64,000 nt of DNA from positions 1 to 64,000 of the forward strand of contig BTVY01000009.1 in assembly GCA_045863335.1 (NCBI GenBank). The letters run 5' to 3'. Under the pieces are notes generated by a model. It was not told the origin of the DNA. It searched no databases and saw nothing but the letters and a program-made list of their open reading frames with translations. Source of the DNA: Candidatus Hydrogenedentota bacterium. GTDB lineage: Bacteria; Hydrogenedentota; Hydrogenedentia; Hydrogenedentales; SLHB01. Positions 11,410-21,146 of the stretch are shown piece after piece. Every line of letters begins with the position of its first letter. The stretch's first letter is position 1. A program made the position numbers and the translations under genes.

Positions 11410-12174
11410 ATGTTTCACGACAAGAAAGTGGTCGTTGTCATGCCGGCGTACAATGCCGCCGTGACCCTGCGCAAGACGCACGAAGAGGTCATGGCGCAGG
11501 GCATCGTCGATCTGGTCATCGTGGTGGACGACGCCAGCGCGGACGAGACCCTCGCCGTTGCGGAGACCCTGCCCCATACCGTCGCCCACCGCCACGATAG
11601 GAACCGCGGATACGGCGGCAACCAGAAGACCTGCTACCGGCTGGCGCTCGAAGCGGGCGCCGATATCGTGATCATGGTCCATCCCGACTATCAGTACACG
11701 CCGAAGCTGATCCCGGCCATGGCCGGGATCATCGGAAACGGGTTGTACGACTGTGTGCTGGGTTCGCGCATCCTCGGCGGGTACGCCTTGCGCAGCGGAA
11801 TGCCGTGGTGGCGGTATGTTTCGAACCGTTTTCTGACGCTTGCGGAAAACCTCCTGATGCGATCGAAGCTATCCGAGTTTCACACCGGATACCGGGCCTT
11901 TTCGCGCCGCCTGCTGGAGAGCCTGCCCCTGGACGCCAACTCCGATGACTTCGTGTTCGACAATCAGATGCTGGCTCAGATTCTCTGGCAGGGATTTGAT
12001 ATTGCCGAGGTGACGTGCCCGACGAAGTATTTCACGGAAGCCTCCTCGATCAACTTTGCGCGCAGCGTGAAATACGGTTTTGGCTGCCTCAGCACGGCCA
12101 TCCTGTTTCGCCTGGCTCGTATGGGTCTGGTCCGGTCCTCTCTCTTTCCCCACGATCGTCGTGGTACCATCTGA
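11410..12174 (+). CDS. GT2 family glycosyltransferase (DPM1-like, candidate polyprenol-phosphate sugar synthase)
   Basis: VVMPAYN, VDDASAD, NRGYG, HPDYQY, GSR, HTGYRAF. Confidence 0.88.
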   Translation: MFHDKKVVVVMPAYNAAVTLRKTHEEVMAQGIVDLVIVVDDASADETLAVAETLPHTVAHRHDRNRGYGGNQKTCYRLALEAGADIVIMVHPDYQYTPKLIPAMAGIIGNGLYDCVLGSRILGGYALRSGMPWWRYVSNRFLTLAENLLMRSKLSEFHTGYRAFSRRLLESLPLDANSDDFVFDNQMLAQILWQGFDIAEVTCPTKYFTEASSINFARSVKYGFGCLSTAILFRLARMGLVRSSLFPHDRRGTI

Positions 12175-12186
12175 CACTTGTCCAGA

Positions 12187-14127
12187 ATGGACAGCGATTC
12201 TGCCGGTCCCGCTCGAGAGACGCCTATGCGATCGTTCCTTATCTACAGTGCGCTGATTGCGCTCGCGACCTGCGCCGTGTATTGGCCGGTCGGCGGCCAT
12301 GATTTCGTCAACTACGACGACACGCTTTACGTCACGCGGAATGCGGAGGTGCAAGCGGGACTCACCTGGGAGGGGCTGCGCTGGGCCTTTTCGAGTGCCA
12401 CGACAGGAAACTGGCATCCGCTGACGTGGCTATCCCACATGCTGGATGTGGAACTTTTCGGCATGCGGCCCAGCGCGCACCATTGGATGAACGTTGCCAT
12501 GCACGCGCTGGCGTGCGTTCTGCTACTCGCGTTTCTCGGATACTCGACCAGGTTGTGGCACCGGTCCGCGGCCGTCGCGGCCTTGTTTGCGCTCCATCCG
12601 TTGCACGTCGAGTCGGTCGCGTGGGTCGCGGAGCGGAAGGACGTGCTGTGTGCCGTGTTCTTCTTTCTTACACTCCTGGCGTACGCGCGCTTCGTTCGGT
12701 GCCGAAGTTGGTACGCGTACGCAACTGCATTGCTCGCCTTCGCCCTCGCCTTGATGGCCAAGCCTATGGCGGTAACGTTGCCGTTCGTACTGCTGCTGAT
12801 TGACGTGTGGCCTTTGAAGCGGGTATCGCTTCCCGGGCTGTGTCGCAAAACCGCGTTCACGTTGCTGGTGGAGAAGACCCCCTTCATCGTTCTGTCCGGG
12901 GCGGTTTCTGCCGCGACCTTTCTGTTGCAGCATCAGGTGGAAGGCGTCCGCTCATTGGGTGATACGGGCCTCGGATTGCGGACTGCAAACGCGCTCGTTT
13001 CCTACGCGTCGTATCTGGGAAAGACGTTCGTCCCGGTACAACTCGCGGCCTATTACCCCTATCCCGTGGACGGCATTGTCACGTGGAAGGTGGTCTCGTC
13101 CGCGGCGTTGCTGGCTGCACTCTCGATTGCGGCCGTGTTGTTCATTCGTCGCCGTCCGTGGTTTGCCGTGGGGTGGTTCTGGTTTCTGGGCATGCTTGTG
13201 CCCGTGATCGGCCTGGTGCAAGTGGGGAGTCAAGCCATGGCCGACCGCTACATGTATCTGCCCATGGCCGGATTGCTCTTTGCTGTCGCATGGACGGTTC
13301 CTTCGCTTTTGCCGAGCACTCAGAAGGTTAGGTTAACGCTGGTCCTTGCTAGTCTGGTGATTTGCGCGGTTCTTGGGGCGTTGACCCTGCGGCAGGTTGG
13401 CTATTGGAAGGATTCCATTGCGTTGTTCGAGCATACGCTGGCCGTGGCGGGGGACAGCGCGACAACCCACACCAATCTCGGCGGCGCCTATCTCGAACGC
13501 GGTGAGCTAGAGAAGGCTTTGCACCATTCTCAGCGCGCGGTGGAGATCAAACCCAATGATGTGAACGCCCGGAATAACATCGGCATCGTCTTGCTGAGCG
13601 TGGGTAAGCCCGAGGACGCCGCGAAGTCCTTCGCCGCAGCCGCACAGCTCCAGCCGGATAATCCGGAGATCCATTTCAATCTGGGCCTGGCCTACAAGGC
13701 TGCGGGTCGGTCGAACGAGGCCCGTGTCGCGTTTACCACAGCAATTGCGCTGAACCCCGCACACGTGAAGGCCCGCATGGAAATCGGCGACATGCTGCTG
13801 AACGAGGGCAGGGGGGAAGAAGCGGCGGAGCAGTACCGGGCAGTGCTGGCGCGGGAACCGCATCGCGCAGAGGCCTGGTTGAATCTCGGCATCGGGCTTG
13901 CCAGCGCAGGCTGGTACAAGGACGCGGTACCGTGTTTCGAGCGCGGCTTGGCGTTGGAGCCCGATCACGCCGAAGGCCATTACTATCTTGCAAAAACCTA
14001 TGCAGCACTTGGACGTAGCGACGACGCCGCCGACGAACTGCGCCGGGCCGTGACCCTCCGGCCGGGGTTTTCCGCTGCGGAAGACCTCCTATTACATCTG
14101 AATCAAGCCCCAGCCGATTCCCCCTAG
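12187..14127 (+). CDS. TMTC-like multi-TM (GT-C type) protein with C-terminal TPR repeats
   Basis: FVNYDD loop, WHPLTWLS, HPLHVESVAW..ERKD, ADRYMYLP, many TM segments, then multiple TPRs. Confidence 0.85.
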   Translation: MDSDSAGPARETPMRSFLIYSALIALATCAVYWPVGGHDFVNYDDTLYVTRNAEVQAGLTWEGLRWAFSSATTGNWHPLTWLSHMLDVELFGMRPSAHHWMNVAMHALACVLLLAFLGYSTRLWHRSAAVAALFALHPLHVESVAWVAERKDVLCAVFFFLTLLAYARFVRCRSWYAYATALLAFALALMAKPMAVTLPFVLLLIDVWPLKRVSLPGLCRKTAFTLLVEKTPFIVLSGAVSAATFLLQHQVEGVRSLGDTGLGLRTANALVSYASYLGKTFVPVQLAAYYPYPVDGIVTWKVVSSAALLAALSIAAVLFIRRRPWFAVGWFWFLGMLVPVIGLVQVGSQAMADRYMYLPMAGLLFAVAWTVPSLLPSTQKVRLTLVLASLVICAVLGALTLRQVGYWKDSIALFEHTLAVAGDSATTHTNLGGAYLERGELEKALHHSQRAVEIKPNDVNARNNIGIVLLSVGKPEDAAKSFAAAAQLQPDNPEIHFNLGLAYKAAGRSNEARVAFTTAIALNPAHVKARMEIGDMLLNEGRGEEAAEQYRAVLAREPHRAEAWLNLGIGLASAGWYKDAVPCFERGLALEPDHAEGHYYLAKTYAALGRSDDAADELRRAVTLRPGFSAAEDLLLHLNQAPADSP

Positions 14128-14251
14128 CGGATTCCCCCGGGCTTTCAGGTACAATATGGCGGTCGCGGACGCGGGACGATTGGGGAATAATCCGACCCCC
14201 GCGTACGTCCTGATCCTTAACAAGGTTTTCCTGATACTGAGGGTATTGCTC

Positions 14252-16027
14252 GTGCGAAATCGTTCTGCGCTCGCCACCGTTCTGTTGTTGATCACCTTTG
14301 GCCACGTGGCCTTCGCCCAGGATCCGAATCCCCCTACGATCCGTTCCAATCAGGGGGCTTGGGCCATCCGGCGACAATGGACGCCCGCCGAAACCCAGCA
14401 CTACGCCAAGTGGGTCGAGAACATCTACCGCATGAAGACCAAGGGGAATGTGGAGCAGCGAACCGCGAAGCTGGAGCGCATTCTTACCGATCCGGCAATG
14501 AATCTGCTCGAACAGCCAAGCTTCGCCGGGGAAGGGTGCAACCCCCAGCTGCCCAAGGGAACTATCCGGTACCTCCACGCCGTCACGGACTGCGCGAAGC
14601 TCACGCAAACGCTCCCCGCGTACTACGCATACCGCCGCGCACTGCCCTGGATGATGTCGTACGTGAGTCCCGTCAAGGGCGATCCCCGCACGTCCGAGAA
14701 CAACATCCCCGTAGGATTCGAAAGCAGTTTCACCAGTTCTTCGCCCGACGCGTTCTTCAAGGCTGCGGTCGGTGGATTCGGGTCCGGCAACTACCGGGTG
14801 GAGCCGAACAACAAGAACTCCCAGTGGTCGGACTCCGTGCCGGTTGCGGTCAATCGAGAGCATTTGCTCCCGGGCACGATCAATTACACCGACGGGCATT
14901 GCCTCATCCTGGGCGAAGTCGACAAGTACGGTGAACTCAAATTCCTGAACGCCAGCACCACCGTGACCAAGGACATCTTCACCTACAACGGCATGAACAC
15001 TGTCGTGGGAATCACGCCCATGGACCCGAACAACGCGGGCAACCCCTTGGAAGGGTGCTTCCAGGGACTCCGCGTCATGCGCTATCCCATCGCCGAGACG
15101 GACAGTTCGGGGCGCGTCATCAAAGTGCGGCGGCGTACGGATGAAGAGATGGCGGAGTTCGGCTTCTCTATCGAGCAGTACAGCCGGATCGGTGACATGG
15201 TCACGGAACACAAGATTGAAGAGGACGGTTACACGCTCCAGAGTTTCCATGAATTCATCCGGTACCGAATGAAGACGGTGGACCAGGTGCTGCCCATGCA
15301 GTTCCTCACGGAATACACGGACGAGTTGGTCGAGATGTGGAAGGCCCGCGAGACCTTCGTACAGGAAGCGTGGGTGGACGTGCAAAAGAACGGCCCTATC
15401 GTGTATCCGGAAGAACAACCGGACGAGAATATCTTCCAGGCCTTGGGGCGCTGGGAGACATGGAGTTCGCCGTCGTCCGATGTCGACCGGCGCACGAAGT
15501 ATTTCTACCTTGCAGATTGGATGGACAACGCGATCCGGTGGTACGAGTCCCAGCCGGGGTTGGTCGACCTGTCGGGGTTTGAGAGCTACAACGTCAAGAC
15601 CCCATCGGATCTTGCCGTCGCGATCGTGAAGGAAAAGAACCGGCTATTCAACGAGAAGTCGATTCAATACACCAACACGGTCGGCGAAAAGGTGACGCTG
15701 ACGCTTGCCGACATTGAGAAGCGTTTGTACGACCTGTCCTTCGATCCCAACCATCCGCCCGAGCTTCGGTGGGGCGCGCCGGAAGGCAGCGAAGAGCGGG
15801 CGACCGCGAAGGCCACGTATACGCCCGTACCAGACGGATCGCGGGTGCCGATGGAGGAGGCGTACTATCTCCAGACCTACTACCGCTGCGTGGGTCAGCG
15901 CGAGACCGAAATCAGTTGCCTCCGTGGTATGTTCACCGTGGGATTTCCGGTGCGCGACAAGTTCGATTCGCAACTCGCAAAATGGATGGATGACGCCGTG
16001 GCAGCGGAAATGCTGGCCTCGAACTGA
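14252..16027 (+). CDS. Secreted hypothetical protein, putative NlpC/P60-like Cys peptidase (paralog 1)
   Basis: Signal peptide ending AFA-QD; TDCAKL ... LLPG...DGHCL ... FLNAS; colinear with the next gene; GTG at 14252 chosen. Confidence 0.8.
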   Translation: MRNRSALATVLLLITFGHVAFAQDPNPPTIRSNQGAWAIRRQWTPAETQHYAKWVENIYRMKTKGNVEQRTAKLERILTDPAMNLLEQPSFAGEGCNPQLPKGTIRYLHAVTDCAKLTQTLPAYYAYRRALPWMMSYVSPVKGDPRTSENNIPVGFESSFTSSSPDAFFKAAVGGFGSGNYRVEPNNKNSQWSDSVPVAVNREHLLPGTINYTDGHCLILGEVDKYGELKFLNASTTVTKDIFTYNGMNTVVGITPMDPNNAGNPLEGCFQGLRVMRYPIAETDSSGRVIKVRRRTDEEMAEFGFSIEQYSRIGDMVTEHKIEEDGYTLQSFHEFIRYRMKTVDQVLPMQFLTEYTDELVEMWKARETFVQEAWVDVQKNGPIVYPEEQPDENIFQALGRWETWSSPSSDVDRRTKYFYLADWMDNAIRWYESQPGLVDLSGFESYNVKTPSDLAVAIVKEKNRLFNEKSIQYTNTVGEKVTLTLADIEKRLYDLSFDPNHPPELRWGAPEGSEERATAKATYTPVPDGSRVPMEEAYYLQTYYRCVGQRETEISCLRGMFTVGFPVRDKFDSQLAKWMDDAVAAEMLASN

Positions 16028-16167
16028 CCCAAGCCCTGCAAGTTTAAGTCTACTGCACCACAAGATTTAGGCGTATTAGGCGGTAATCTCTTGTCTTTCA
16101 TGCGTTTTTCATTTACACTCAAATCAGCTTAGCGGAACGTGGCACCAATTATCGGGGTTCATCGCGG

Positions 16168-18048
16168 ATGTTGACCGTTACCCGTTTCTCCATTCCACTC
16201 CTGTTCATCACCAGTTTTTGCGTCGCAGGGGCCGAAGATCCCAATCCACCGTCCATCCACAGCGACCGGGGCGCGTGGCCCATCTGCCGCCAGTGGAACG
16301 TGGCGGAGACGCACCATTACGCGAAGTGGATCAACCACATCTACAAAATGAAGTCCGAAGGCACGCAAGAGCAACGCCGGGCCAAGCTGGAAGGGGTGCT
16401 CACTGATCCGGAGATGAATCTGCTCCTCGATCCGGAGTTCGCGGGAGAACAGGCAAACCCGCAGCTTGAAGGCGAGGTCATGCGGGCCATGCACACCATC
16501 CTGGATTGCGGAAAGCTGACGGTGGCGCTCTCGTCTTACTACTCGTATCGCCGCGGGTTACCGTGGATGGTATCGTACGTCCGGTCGAGCGGTGGGGATC
16601 TTCGAACGTCCGCGTACAATATTCCGCTTGGGGTTTACAGCAGCTTCGACTGCGAAACGGCGGCGGAGTTCTTCGTCAACGCGGTGACGGGGTTCTGCAC
16701 CGGCAACTTCCGGATCGAACCTTACAACACGAACTCGGAACTGTCGGACACGGTTCCCGTGGCTATCGATCCGCAGTACCTGATCGCGGGCGCGCTCCAC
16801 TATCTCGACGGCCACGTGTTGATTCTCGCGGACATTGAGGAAACGGGAGAACTGCGATTCCTCGACGCTACGACGGCGGCGTCTCGCGACATCTATACTT
16901 TCAACGGCCTGAACGCCGTAATGGGGATTCCTGCCAAGAATTCGAACCGGAACGGGAACGAGTATGCCGGTTGCTTTCAGGGGCTGCGCATTTTCAGGTA
17001 TCCCATCGCCGTAACGGACGAGTCTGGGAAGGTTATCCGCGTGCGCCGTCGCACGGACGAAGAAATGAAGGAGTTCGGGTACTCCACGGAGCAGTACGAC
17101 CATATCGAGAAAATCGTCCGGCACCAGAACATTGTGGAAGACGGTGTTTCGTTGACCAGCTTTCATGAGTTGATCTTGTCGCGCATGCGCAGCGTGGATC
17201 GTGTTTCGCCGGTCGAATTCATCGAGCACTTCGCGTACGAGCTGGTGGATTTATTCGCCATGCGCGAGGAGTTCGTGCAGCAGGGCTGGCAGGACGTCCT
17301 CGCGAACGGCCCCATCGCCTTCCCTGAGAACAGCCGATCGGAAAACGTCTACGTGGCGAACGGCCGCTGGGGCGCCTGGACCTCTGCCGCGTCGGATGTG
17401 GACCTGAGGAATCGCTATTACTACCTGGCCGACTGGATGGACAATATCGTGCGCTGGTACGACCGTCAACCCGATTTTATCGACCTGACGGGACTTAACA
17501 AGTATTACGTGGTCGATCAAGGCAATCTGGCGTACGCGCTCATGGCGGAGAAGACACGCATCTTTCACCGGCACACCTTTACCTACACCAATTCAGAAGG
17601 GGAACCGGTGGAATTGACCTTGCTCGAGTTGGAGAAGCGGCTTTACGACTTGTCCTTCGATCCGAATCATCCACCGGAATTGCGTTGGGGTGCGCCCTTC
17701 GGCAGTGCCGAGTACCGGACCGCTCCGGATATGCCGACGCCGCTGCCGGACGGAACGACGGTGGCCATGAACGAGGCGTACCGTCGCCAGGGATACTACC
17801 GCTCTCTGGGGCAGCGCGAGACTACCGAAAGTTATCTGCGCGAGATGTTCACGTCAGGCTATCCTGTCCGCGAGAAGTTTAACGGCCAACTCGCCAAGTG
17901 GACCATCACGGCCGACCCGGTACCGCCGCTGATCCCCACTGGAATATCGATTGCCGAGTTGCGCAAAGGCTGGGAAGCGCAGCAGCAGCAGCGCGTGCGC
18001 GCCGCATCGCGTCTGTTGGACCATTCCACCGTCGGCGAAGTGAACTGA
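16168..18048 (+). CDS. Secreted hypothetical protein, putative NlpC/P60-like Cys peptidase (paralog 2)
   Basis: Signal peptide; LDCGKL ... LIAG...DGHVL ... FLDAT; shares GCFQGLR, RRRTDEEM and LSFDPNHPPELRWG with paralog 1. Confidence 0.8.
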   Translation: MLTVTRFSIPLLFITSFCVAGAEDPNPPSIHSDRGAWPICRQWNVAETHHYAKWINHIYKMKSEGTQEQRRAKLEGVLTDPEMNLLLDPEFAGEQANPQLEGEVMRAMHTILDCGKLTVALSSYYSYRRGLPWMVSYVRSSGGDLRTSAYNIPLGVYSSFDCETAAEFFVNAVTGFCTGNFRIEPYNTNSELSDTVPVAIDPQYLIAGALHYLDGHVLILADIEETGELRFLDATTAASRDIYTFNGLNAVMGIPAKNSNRNGNEYAGCFQGLRIFRYPIAVTDESGKVIRVRRRTDEEMKEFGYSTEQYDHIEKIVRHQNIVEDGVSLTSFHELILSRMRSVDRVSPVEFIEHFAYELVDLFAMREEFVQQGWQDVLANGPIAFPENSRSENVYVANGRWGAWTSAASDVDLRNRYYYLADWMDNIVRWYDRQPDFIDLTGLNKYYVVDQGNLAYALMAEKTRIFHRHTFTYTNSEGEPVELTLLELEKRLYDLSFDPNHPPELRWGAPFGSAEYRTAPDMPTPLPDGTTVAMNEAYRRQGYYRSLGQRETTESYLREMFTSGYPVREKFNGQLAKWTITADPVPPLIPTGISIAELRKGWEAQQQQRVRAASRLLDHSTVGEVN

Positions 18049-18097
18049 AGCGTTCCCATTCCTCGGCTCGTCGCAAAGGGGTAGGGGGGAAGCCAGC

Positions 18098-19132
18098 ATG
18101 ATTCGGAACGCCATGTCATGTTTCCTCGTTGTGGCCATTTGCATTTCCTGCGCGGCCGTTAAGGCGCCGGACGATTCATCCCCACGCAGTTGGTTTCCCA
18201 CGCCCTCCAATACGAAACCGCGGCCAGATTACTTCAATCACGCCTACGGACCGCACGAACGAAATGTGCTGGATCTTTGGCAAGCGGAATCGGAAAAGCC
18301 GACACCGGTCTTGATCTTCTTCCATGGCGGTGGATTTGTTGGCGGCGACAAGTGGACGCTCTCTTCGGATTTGCTGCAGATGTGTCTCAATTCAGGGATC
18401 TCCGTGGCGAGCGCGAACTACCGCAAGTCCACCCAGGCGCCATATCCCGCGCCCATGTTGGATGGCGCTCGCGCCGTGCAATACCTTCGGTACCGGGCAA
18501 AAGACTGGAACCTGGACCCCGATCGGATCGCCGTCTCGGGAGACTCGGCCGGCGCCGGCATTTCGTTGTGGATAGCGTTTCACGACGACCTACGACGGCC
18601 TGGTTCGCATGACAAAGTACTGCGGGAATCTTCACGCGTGAGTGCCGCGTGCGTGTTCGGCGCGCAGTCCACGTATGACCCGCGTGTCATTCGCAACGAG
18701 ATTGGCGGTCGCTCGTACGAGCATCCAGCGCTGACCATGTTTTACGGAATCACGCTCGAGGAACTGGACACGCCGAAAGCATACCGCCTCTACGAAGACG
18801 CCTCCGCGATTAATCATGCAACGCCGGATGACCCGCCGGTTATCATGTTCTATTCGGAAGATCGCGCTCCCCTTCCGCCGGGACCCAACCCTAACGCGGG
18901 GCTGTATTACCCCGACTTTGGCAAGCCGTTGGAAGGCTACGGACCGCCCGGAGAGGCCATCCACCATCCCCGGTTCGGCGCACTGCTTGAGGAGAAGCTC
19001 GAGCCCATGGGTATCGAGTGCATCCTGCTCCATCGGGACGATTTCTCCGCTACGGAAAATCCCGGCGCCGCGGCGCATCACGAAATGGTGCAATTCCTCC
19101 GTCGTCTGTTTAAGATGATGGAGGAAGAATAG
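18098..19132 (+). CDS. Exported alpha/beta hydrolase (HSL/BD-FAE-like esterase), possibly a lipoprotein
   Basis: HGGGF oxyanion motif, GDSAG nucleophile, IHHP; hydrophobic N-terminus with Cys. Confidence 0.85.
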   Translation: MIRNAMSCFLVVAICISCAAVKAPDDSSPRSWFPTPSNTKPRPDYFNHAYGPHERNVLDLWQAESEKPTPVLIFFHGGGFVGGDKWTLSSDLLQMCLNSGISVASANYRKSTQAPYPAPMLDGARAVQYLRYRAKDWNLDPDRIAVSGDSAGAGISLWIAFHDDLRRPGSHDKVLRESSRVSAACVFGAQSTYDPRVIRNEIGGRSYEHPALTMFYGITLEELDTPKAYRLYEDASAINHATPDDPPVIMFYSEDRAPLPPGPNPNAGLYYPDFGKPLEGYGPPGEAIHHPRFGALLEEKLEPMGIECILLHRDDFSATENPGAAAHHEMVQFLRRLFKMMEEE

Positions 19133-19160
19133 GTTGCTTTTGGCGAGTTAGGAGGGGGAT

Positions 19161-19901
19161 ATGCGAGTTCATGTACGTGCGTGTCTTTTCGGGGTAGTGG
19201 TCGCAATCGCGGCAGCTTTGGCGGTGCCTGTGTCGGCAGAAGAACCGGCTCCGGTCAAATGTCTGATGATGGGGATGGGCCCCCATGGTGATGTAGTTAT
19301 GACCGATGCCCTTGAAGACATCAAGGCCAACTATCCAAGTGTCGCGATCACGCCGAGCGAAAACATCGAAGATCTGAAGATCGAAAACCTCAGGAACTAC
19401 GATGTGCTTCTCCTGGTGCAGATCAAAGTCGAAGGCGGGAACCCGCCGGACTACGTCAAGGAAGGGATCATCCAGTTTCTCCAGGAAGGCGGGGGATTGG
19501 TGGTAACGCACTTCGCGGTTGCGAACGTTCAGGAGTGGCGAGATTCCATCGACATTTACGGCGCCATGTGGGTGAGCGGAAAGTCGACGCATGGTCCGTA
19601 CCACGAGTTCAGCGTGGACATTAAAGACGAGGCGCACCCCATTCTGGAGGGCGTCAAGCCGTTCACGACGAATGACGAACTGTATTTCAATCTGCTCATG
19701 CGGCCCGATATGAACGTCATCATGACGGCCGACGAGGAGCGGTTCGGGCATACCGTGGCCGAGCCGATGCTGGCCACGCACTACGTGCACAACGCGCGCT
19801 GCGTGTACTTCGCGCTGGGCCACGACGTGAAGTCCTGCGAACCGCCCGAGTTTCGGAAGATTCTGGTCCAATCCGTGGAATGGGCCGCCTGCCGGCGGTA
19901 G
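19161..19901 (+). CDS. ThuA-like (class I GATase fold) secreted protein
   Basis: Signal peptide; GGGLVVTH, HPILEG...DELY, YFALGHD. Confidence 0.85.
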   Translation: MRVHVRACLFGVVVAIAAALAVPVSAEEPAPVKCLMMGMGPHGDVVMTDALEDIKANYPSVAITPSENIEDLKIENLRNYDVLLLVQIKVEGGNPPDYVKEGIIQFLQEGGGLVVTHFAVANVQEWRDSIDIYGAMWVSGKSTHGPYHEFSVDIKDEAHPILEGVKPFTTNDELYFNLLMRPDMNVIMTADEERFGHTVAEPMLATHYVHNARCVYFALGHDVKSCEPPEFRKILVQSVEWAACRR

Positions 19902-19928
19902 AGCTATCCAATACGGTTCCGAATGGAA

Positions 19929-19970
19929 CGCGGCATCGCCTCAAAACAGGGATGCCGCGCTCTTGTTCTT
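19929..19970 (+). terminator. Possible intrinsic terminator after the ThuA gene
   Basis: CGCGGCATC...GATGCCGCG stem followed by CTCTTGTTCTT. Confidence 0.45.
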
Positions 19971-20055
19971 CGCGATCGCATCTCTGTTGCGCCAGGTAGC
20001 AGATATCGATCATGATCGTCACCTGTGATGTCGAGGCCCTCGAGGAGTAGTCGCG

Positions 20056-20886
20056 TTGGTGTCATCAATTACTCGTACCGTCCTCACCGTTTTGGTCGGC
20101 GCAATCGTTTCAGTGCCGGCCGCAACGCGGGAGGGTGCTGGCACGCACCGGGGTCTTGGTATGCAAGACGGAGCGGCCCTTTTGCGCGGCCCGAGATTGG
20201 ATCCGGTCGCTGGGATCCCGATGCAGCATCCGCGTCAGGAAAGCAAGGTGCAGCTCGAGCAGTTGGGCGTTGCGATGCGGATGTTCGCGGCGGAAAGTCC
20301 CGGCCAACAGTACCCCCCGCTGAATGTGCGGGCCGGGGAATTGTCGGTGGAGCCGCGAGCGCTGGTTCCCGAGTACATCACTAACACGTCCCTGTTCGTT
20401 TCTCCCGCGCATCCGGAAGCATTGCAGCTAAAGGAGCAGGCGCTGCGGGAGCCGCTGTCCGTCATCGATGACCGAAGTTACTGGTACCTCGGTTACGTGC
20501 TGCCTGATGAAGACACGGGTCTCGTGTTTCTGGAAGCGTTCAAGGGGGCCGTCAAAGCCGGGGACGCGCTTGATGATGACGTAGCGATTGGCGGTTTTGG
20601 CACCATTTACCGTCTCCGCGAGGGCGTCGAGCGGGCTGTCATAATGGACGTCAACAATCCCGAGGCCGCGCGGGAAATGCAGGCCAGGATTCCGATCATG
20701 ATTGAGCGGCCCGGCATACAAGACGGGGGTTCGAACGTGCTGTACCTGGATGGGCACGTGGAATTCATCCCGTATCCCGGTCGATTCCCAATGACCAACG
20801 AATTTGTGGAGGCACTGCGCGTGCTGGATGCGAAGAAGACGCGGCCCGGCGCAGAGGCTCCATTGAGCCCGGAGTCGCGGCGATAG
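20056..20886 (+). CDS. H-X9-DG / DUF1559-like domain secreted protein without a prepilin N-terminus
   Basis: QLGVAMRMFAAES...YPPL, SYWYLGY, IYRLREGVER, GGSNVLYLDGHVEF. Confidence 0.75.
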   Translation: MVSSITRTVLTVLVGAIVSVPAATREGAGTHRGLGMQDGAALLRGPRLDPVAGIPMQHPRQESKVQLEQLGVAMRMFAAESPGQQYPPLNVRAGELSVEPRALVPEYITNTSLFVSPAHPEALQLKEQALREPLSVIDDRSYWYLGYVLPDEDTGLVFLEAFKGAVKAGDALDDDVAIGGFGTIYRLREGVERAVIMDVNNPEAAREMQARIPIMIERPGIQDGGSNVLYLDGHVEFIPYPGRFPMTNEFVEALRVLDAKKTRPGAEAPLSPESRR

Positions 20887-20931
20887 CGAAATTCGAAATC
20901 CGAAACAAATTCGAATGACCAAAATTCGAAA
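20887..20931. repeat. Degenerate 7-mer tract (ATTCGAA/ATCCGAA/TGACCAA)
   Basis: cgaa-attcgaa-atccgaa-acaa-attcgaa-tgaccaa-aattcgaa read directly. Confidence 0.75.
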
Positions 20932-20954
20932 AGGACTTCCTCCAACTTCGTGGC

Positions 20955-21037
20955 AAGTGGGGTGTCCTCGCCCAAGATGTTTGGCGAAACAGCTCACCGT
21001 CGGATCCCGAAGAACCTGGGCCAGGACGCCCACACTT
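20955..21037. repeat. REP-like inverted repeat pair (REPIN-like)
   Basis: AAGTGGGGTGTCCTCGCCCAAG (20955-20976) is nearly the reverse complement of CCTGGGCCAGGACGCCCACACTT (21015-21037). Confidence 0.7.
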
Positions 21038-21052
21038 ATCTTCAATGCGCTC

Positions 21053-21088
21053 GTCCTATTGGTCCCATTGGTCCTATACGTCCTATCG
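21053..21088. repeat. Four copies of a 9-bp tandem repeat GTCCYATNN
   Basis: gtcctattg gtcccattg gtcctatac gtcctatcg. Confidence 0.85.
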
Positions 21089-21146
21089 ACCCAAACTGTG
21101 ATATTCTGATTGCTTCTTGGCCGCGAACGCAATCAGGAGTCAACGC

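Noticed and set aside
20887-21090. Possible mini CRISPR array
   Set aside because: Units are 7-9 bp without unique spacers, and there are no cas genes in the window.
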